Positions 16,031-20,230 of a stretch of DNA of 20,230 nucleotides are shown here, one piece after another. The position numbers were made by a program, and so were the translations under genes. The notes below the pieces were generated by a model. The model made no database searches, had not been told where the DNA came from, and saw only the letters and a list, made by a program, of their open reading frames with translations. Within the stretch, counting starts at the first letter, position 1. Each line of letters opens with the position of its first letter. Source of the stretch: Verrucomicrobiota bacterium (lineage in GTDB: Bacteria; Verrucomicrobiota; Verrucomicrobiia; Limisphaerales; CANJSG01); the NCBI GenBank assembly GCA_038209745.1, contig JBBQXJ010000086.1:1-20230 (forward strand), given 5' to 3'.

Positions 16031-16792
16031 ATGACACATTCCAGTTCCAAGACCGTCGGTGGCCGCAGGACGAAGCGAGGATTCACGCTGATCGAGCTGC
16101 TGGTGGTCATCGCCATCATTGCCATTTTGGCGGGTATGCTGTTGCCGGCGCTGGCCAACGCCAAGGCGCGCGCGCTTCAGGCCAAGTGCTCCAGTAATAT
16201 GAAACAGCTCGGCATCGCGCTGTTCATGTATGCCAGCGACAACAACGACAATCTCCCGCGTGGAACCCCCGGTTGGTCGTGGGACATGCCGGCGCCAGTC
16301 ACCGATGCCTTGGTCAAGAACGGTGGCACCCGGAACATTCTCTATTGTCCGTCCTTCTGGGATCAAAACGGAAACGCCAACTGGACCTTCGGCGGTGCCA
16401 GCGCCACGGAGACTTCTTCCAATGGACAAGGGTTCCGGGTGCTCGGCTACGCGTTCGCCTTCGAGAGTTCGGGCAGCATTTTCCCGACAAATGTGGTCAA
16501 GACCATGAATCCAGGACCCATCAAGATGCCCACGGGTGAGGTAAATCCGGGTCCGTCGGACCGGGTCATGGTGGCGGATGCCACGCTGTCGATCGGCAAC
16601 AACATGTCCAACCGGAAGGCCAATCGGTACACCAAAATCCAGGGCGGCTCATCGATCATCCACACCACCGCGCACTTGAACGGCCAATTTCCGCGGGGTG
16701 GGAATCTGCTCTATCTGGACAGCCATGTGGCTTGGAAGACTTTCAATGACATGACCATTCGGAATGGCAGCGGTCCTTATTTTTGGTGGTAA
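16031..16792 (+). CDS. Prepilin-type N-terminal cleavage/methylation domain protein with H-X9-DG-like C-terminal motif (PVC DUF1559-like family)
   Basis: [30 protein letters not shown]...[10 protein letters not shown]-terminus [22 protein letters not shown]. Start at ATG 16031. Confidence 0.92.
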   Translation: MTHSSSKTVGGRRTKRGFTLIELLVVIAIIAILAGMLLPALANAKARALQAKCSSNMKQLGIALFMYASDNNDNLPRGTPGWSWDMPAPVTDALVKNGGTRNILYCPSFWDQNGNANWTFGGASATETSSNGQGFRVLGYAFAFESSGSIFPTNVVKTMNPGPIKMPTGEVNPGPSDRVMVADATLSIGNNMSNRKANRYTKIQGGSSIIHTTAHLNGQFPRGGNLLYLDSHVAWKTFNDMTIRNGSGPYFWW

Positions 16793-16822
16793 AATCCGGA
16801 TTAGAGGTGATCACAGGGTTTC

Positions 16823-16854
16823 AGGCCCGCACGAAGAGTGCGGGCCTTTTCTTT
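16823..16854 (+). terminator. Rho-independent terminator
   Basis: 10-bp stem aggcccgcac-gaaga-gtgcgggcct followed by tttcttt, 30 nt after the stop codon. Confidence 0.85.
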
Positions 16855-16882
16855 GGAGCGCTGAAGAAATCGCCCGCGTTCG

Positions 16883-16911
16883 TTGACGCCTCCGTGGCAC
16901 CCCGATAGCGT
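16883..16911 (+). promoter_or_regulatory. Putative sigma70 promoter for the zinc-ribbon/slyX genes
   Basis: TTGACG-N17-TAGCGT, between the terminator and ATG 16938. Confidence 0.55.
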
Positions 16912-16937
16912 CGTGAAAACGCCAGCCATTCCGCGCC

Positions 16938-17666
16938 ATGCTCGAAGCCATTGAAAAGCTCCTCATCCTTCAGGAAAGCGACCGCAAGATCCTCCGCCTG
17001 AAAACCGAACTGTCCCAGATGCAGCCGGAACGCGAGGCGCTTTCCGGACGCAATTCCGGGGCGCTCGCCGCGTTGGAAGCCGCCAAGACCAAGGTCAAAC
17101 ACATCGAGTCCCGCCGGAAGACCTTGGAACTGGAGGTCGACTCCCTGAAGCAGAAGATCGAGAAGTATTCCGTCCAGCAGTTCCAGACCAAGAAGAACGA
17201 GGAATACAAGATGTTGGGCTCCGAGATCGAGCGTGCCCGGGTCGAGATCTCCGGTCTCGACGACAAACAGCTCGAGTGCATGGAGGAGATCGACGAGGCC
17301 CAGAAGGAAGTCGCCGTCGCCGTCGCCGATTCCAAGGAGGCCAAAAACCAACTCGACAAGCAATTGGGCGAACTGGCCGCGCGCGAGCAGGTTCTGACGA
17401 AGGAGTTGGCCGATCTGGAAGCCGGCCGTGAACCGCTCACCGTCGGCATCGATGAAGCGGCCATGACGAAATACACCCGGCTGCTGAAGACCAAGGGCGA
17501 CAAGTGCCTGGTCGGCATCGAGCACAGCGCCTGTGGCGGTTGCCACATGAAACTCCCCGCGCAAGTGTCCATCGCTTGCCGGAGTGGCCATGAGCTCACG
17601 ACCTGTCCGCTTTGCGGTCGCATTCTGTTCTACCTGCACGGCATGGATCTGGTCTCGGGGGGCTGA
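16938..17666 (+). CDS. Coiled-coil protein with C4-type zinc ribbon (DUF164; CT398/HP0958-like)
   Basis: LLILQESDRKI start, long coiled coil with KKNEEY, C-terminal ACGGCHMKLP...CPLCGRILF. Confidence 0.92.
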   Translation: MLEAIEKLLILQESDRKILRLKTELSQMQPEREALSGRNSGALAALEAAKTKVKHIESRRKTLELEVDSLKQKIEKYSVQQFQTKKNEEYKMLGSEIERARVEISGLDDKQLECMEEIDEAQKEVAVAVADSKEAKNQLDKQLGELAAREQVLTKELADLEAGREPLTVGIDEAAMTKYTRLLKTKGDKCLVGIEHSACGGCHMKLPAQVSIACRSGHELTTCPLCGRILFYLHGMDLVSGG

Positions 17667-17671
17667 GCACC

Positions 17672-17887
17672 ATGGACGCCGAACTTCCCGAGGATCGTTT
17701 CCGCAAACTGGAGGCCCACGTGACCGAGTTGGAGCATTTGCTGGATCAATTGAACCAAGTGGTGATCGACCAGGGAAAGCTCCTGCGCCAGTTGCAGACC
17801 CAGCAACTGGGCATTTCCGAGACGATGACGACGCTGGAGATGGATCGCATCCGCAGCGTCAACACCAAGCCGCCCCACTATCAGTGA
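17672..17887 (+). CDS. slyX: SlyX family protein
   Basis: 71 aa: EDRFRKLEAHVTELEHLLDQLNQVVIDQ, with the C-terminal KPPHY signature. Confidence 0.88.
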   Translation: MDAELPEDRFRKLEAHVTELEHLLDQLNQVVIDQGKLLRQLQTQQLGISETMTTLEMDRIRSVNTKPPHYQ

Positions 17888-17893
17888 AGCGGT

Positions 17894-18808
17894 CTACGCC
17901 TCGGGGGCGACTGGGGCCGATCCAAAGCGGATCTGACCGAGGATCACCCCTCCGAGAATCAAGACCAGCGCCATTCCAAAGGACGGGCTTGGCTTCTCCC
18001 CGATAAAGAGGACGCCCCCGGCCATCGTGGTCAGCGGGATGAGATTCCCCCAAAGCGCCACGCGGCTCACCGGCCAATGGGACAAGGCCCAGTTCCAACA
18101 GGCGTAGGCGGCGACACTGCCGGCCACGATGCTGTAGGCCTGGAGGCCGAGGGTCGTGGGAGTCAGGGCGAACGGTCCCCGCGTCCAGACTTCGACGCTG
18201 GCTGGCGGGAGCAGGATCAGACCCGCACGCCAGACCGTTCCCGAGGTGATCTGCAGGCCGGAGAGGCCCTTGCTCATGCGCCGACATTCCTGGTTATAGG
18301 CCGTCCAGAGAATCCCCGCGATCAGCCCCAGCACCTCACCGAACCAGTGGCCGGATCCGGTCAACGCCGGAATCAGCAGCACAAACACTCCGGCCAAGGT
18401 CAGTCCCGCTGCGGCGTAGCGGGGCAAAGCGTGGCGTCGCAGCCGAAGACCCTCCTCCCACAGCAGGGCCCACACGGGCGAAGCAGCGAGATGCAGCGCG
18501 AAGTGCGACGCCGGGATGTAGAGGAGGCACCAGTTGCAGGCCACGTTGTAGAAGGAGAGAACGATGGCGCCGCGCAACCAGAGCTCCCGCTTCTGGACCG
18601 CAGTGGGTTGTTGCCGGGGGCGGAGCCCGGGGATCCACCGGAGCAGTCCGGCGAGCAGGATTCCGCCGATCAGGAAGCGGGTGGACCCGGTGAAAAGCGG
18701 CGGCCATTTCTGGAGCAGCAGCTTGACGAAGACGTTGTTTGCGCCCCAGAGGACGATGGACGTCATCAGGGCGGCAACGACGGTGGTGCTGGAGACGGGC
18801 CGCGACAC
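17894..18808 (-). CDS. DMT superfamily (EamA) transporter
   Basis: LWGANNVFVK...PPLFTGSTRFLIGG, GEVLGLIAGILWTAY, AYACWNWAL, LFIGEKP; about 10 TM segments. Start approximate (GTG 18808). Confidence 0.9.
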   Translation of the reverse strand: MSRPVSSTTVVAALMTSIVLWGANNVFVKLLLQKWPPLFTGSTRFLIGGILLAGLLRWIPGLRPRQQPTAVQKRELWLRGAIVLSFYNVACNWCLLYIPASHFALHLAASPVWALLWEEGLRLRRHALPRYAAAGLTLAGVFVLLIPALTGSGHWFGEVLGLIAGILWTAYNQECRRMSKGLSGLQITSGTVWRAGLILLPPASVEVWTRGPFALTPTTLGLQAYSIVAGSVAAYACWNWALSHWPVSRVALWGNLIPLTTMAGGVLFIGEKPSPSFGMALVLILGGVILGQIRFGSAPVAPEA

Positions 18809-18964
18809 GGGCGGGAATCTCGGGTGGCTGGATCCCGGAAGCGAGGGAAACGCGGTGAACGGAAGAACCAACAGGCGCCCCGCCTCCCGAGGCCGGCGAA
18901 CCGGGACGAGGCGTCGGCTTCCAGACGGTTGCGCCGACCGGATGGAGATGCCTATCGTTGGCCC

Positions 18965-19336
18965 ATGGAACATTCTCCCGGATTCCTCAAGGTCGTTAAT
19001 GAAGCCCAGCCCCGCGTGCGCGAGATCACCATCGACGAAGGCAAGGCCCGCCTAGGGGCCAATCCCAACGCGGTGCTGCTGGATGTCCGCGAGGATATTG
19101 AATGGGCCAAGGGCCACGCGGTGGAGGCGGACCATCTCGGCAAGGGCGTTCTCGAGCGCGACATCGAACAGATGATCCCCGATCCCTCCACCGAGATCGT
19201 CATGTATTGCGGCGGCGGCTATCGGTCCGTCCTGACCTGCGACGTCGCCCAGAAGATGGGCTACAAGAACGTTGCCTCCCTCATCGGCGGCTACAAGGCA
19301 CTCGTCGCGGCGGGCTGGGAAATTGCCAAGTCCTAG
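18965..19336 (+). CDS. Rhodanese-like domain protein (sulfurtransferase)
   Basis: MEHSPGFLKVVNEA, LLDVREDIEWAKGH...HLGKGVLERDIE, active-site loop YCGGGYRS, MGYKNVASLIGG. Confidence 0.93.
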   Translation: MEHSPGFLKVVNEAQPRVREITIDEGKARLGANPNAVLLDVREDIEWAKGHAVEADHLGKGVLERDIEQMIPDPSTEIVMYCGGGYRSVLTCDVAQKMGYKNVASLIGGYKALVAAGWEIAKS

Positions 19337-19590
19337 CCGGTCCTTGAGGACAAACAGGCGCACAACCCGCAGACAACGGTGATGCTCACCGCAACGGCGA
19401 TAAACCTCGCCCTTGGGCTTGCCCCGCGGCTCTCCGCGAAAAACGCCGGGGCCGCCAGGACAGCCAACAGAAACAAGGTCACGGGAATCGCGCTGGGTCG
19501 TGCGGCGTTCACGGTCCAGCCCATCCAGCGAAGACGCTTGGGAACGATCGCTCTTGGGTCCGCCTTGCAGAAATAGAAGCCCCACCTCCA
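19333..19590 (-). pseudogene. 5'-truncated DUF5808-like membrane protein (probable former integron cassette)
   Basis: WRWGFYFCKADPRAIVPKRLRWMGWTVNAARP followed by two TM segments. No native start; fused out of frame to the upstream cassette near 19586-19591. Confidence 0.65.
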
Positions 19591-19896
19591 GATCCGCGAG
19601 CAGTGCCGGCTCAACGGCCGTGAAATTGAAGCATGACTCGCCTTGAATCCGCGCCTTCAGCCCTTTTGACACGCCCTTGAGCAGGTCTGGACGAGCATAG
19701 ACCCCCATGTGATGAAAACTCGCGTAGACCTTCCCCACGGCACCGAGGCGATCGGGAACGGCTTCGTGTGCGTGGTATGCGCGCCCCCTTCCAAACGAAA
19801 ACAACTCGCCGTGTCTTCTGTGACGACGAGCTGGCCGGCATGTCGTATTAGAATTTCTCGCAGCGCGGTGAAAACCTTTTGGAAATCAGCGACCAT
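19586..19896 (-). pseudogene. Frameshifted, 3'-truncated DUF1801-like integron cassette gene
   Basis: ATG 19896 lies 12 nt after the attC R' site. MVADFQKVFTALREIL...PFPIASV shifts frame near 19739 into VGKVYASFHHMGVYARPDLLKGVSKGLKARIQGESCFNF, which resembles the L.ARMQGKSCFNF motif. Confidence 0.65.
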
Positions 19897-19908
19897 AGAC
19901 TCTCTGTC

Positions 19909-20001
19909 GCCTAACGATCGAAGCTCAGCGACGCCGGCCACGAGGCGCGCCGATTGCAACCGCGATGGCCCGCCGCCGTTCGCTACAGCGCATTGTTAGG
20001 C
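19909..20001 (-). mobile_element. Integron attC recombination site
   Basis: Minus strand: R'' GCCTAAC (20001-19995) contains the TAA stop of the upstream gene; R' GTTAGGC at 19915-19909. Inner boxes gctgtagcga / tcgctgagc pair with a bulged base. Imperfect hairpin, 93 bp. Confidence 0.88.
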
Positions 20002-20230
20002 GATTCGGTCGTTGAGCTGATAAAATACATCGGTGCGAATCTTTGCCGGGTCGGCGTTCCAACTTTCGTCCCAGTGGCCGTAAATCTCCCATGAAACACC
20101 TGTGAGGCAATGCCCGCGCTCGGCACACCACTGGCGAATCGCGGCGTGCGCCTCGGAAAGACGTGGGTAAGGCCCATAATGGACGGTGGAAGCCACACGT
20201 CCTCCTGGCAACTGCGAGCAGTGAACACGG
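19996..20230 (-). CDS. GyrI-like small-molecule-binding domain protein (C-terminal part; integron cassette), runs off the window edge
   Basis: LPGGRVASTVHYGPYPRLSEAHAAIRQWCAERG...G.SWEIYG...DPAKIRTDVFYQL. The stop codon lies inside the attC R'' box. Confidence 0.82.
   Translation of the reverse strand, partial: RVHCSQLPGGRVASTVHYGPYPRLSEAHAAIRQWCAERGHCLTGVSWEIYGHWDESWNADPAKIRTDVFYQLNDRIA

Noticed and set aside
16031..16792. Type IV pilus or type II secretion system locus
   Set aside because: A single gene of the expanded PVC prepilin-like family, with no ATPase, secretin or platform genes in the window.
18077..19804. ORFs 18077-19336 + at full length and 19052-19804 -
   Set aside because: The first is real only from ATG 18965. 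The second is the frameshifted cassette segment reading on antisense into the rhodanese gene.

Overview
GC-rich bacterial window. The gene content suggests Verrucomicrobiota/PVC (inference from a PPi-type PEPCK, a XylR-type regulator next to a prepilin/H-X9-DG protein, and a giant FtsX-type permease). Left to right: a decayed IS256 transposase, SGNH hydrolase lipoprotein, PPi-dependent PEP carboxykinase, a LEA_2 lipoprotein and msrP (no msrQ nearby), nadC, and a minus-strand run of giant ABC permease > small TatA-like ORF > exported beta-rich protein > multi-domain exported protein. Then come a XylR-like regulator, a prepilin-type protein with terminator, a C4 zinc-ribbon protein, SlyX, an EamA transporter and a rhodanese. 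The right edge holds the decayed distal end of an integron cassette array (one clear attC; GyrI-like, DUF1801-like and DUF5808-like cassettes). The most unusual signal is in 9.8-12.5 kb, where five unrelated short palindromic/tandem-repeat families sit in one operon. Several lie in frame inside coding sequence, and one nonamer inverted-repeat pair brackets a degenerate TatA-like cargo ORF. Family calls come from motif recognition only; no database search was run.
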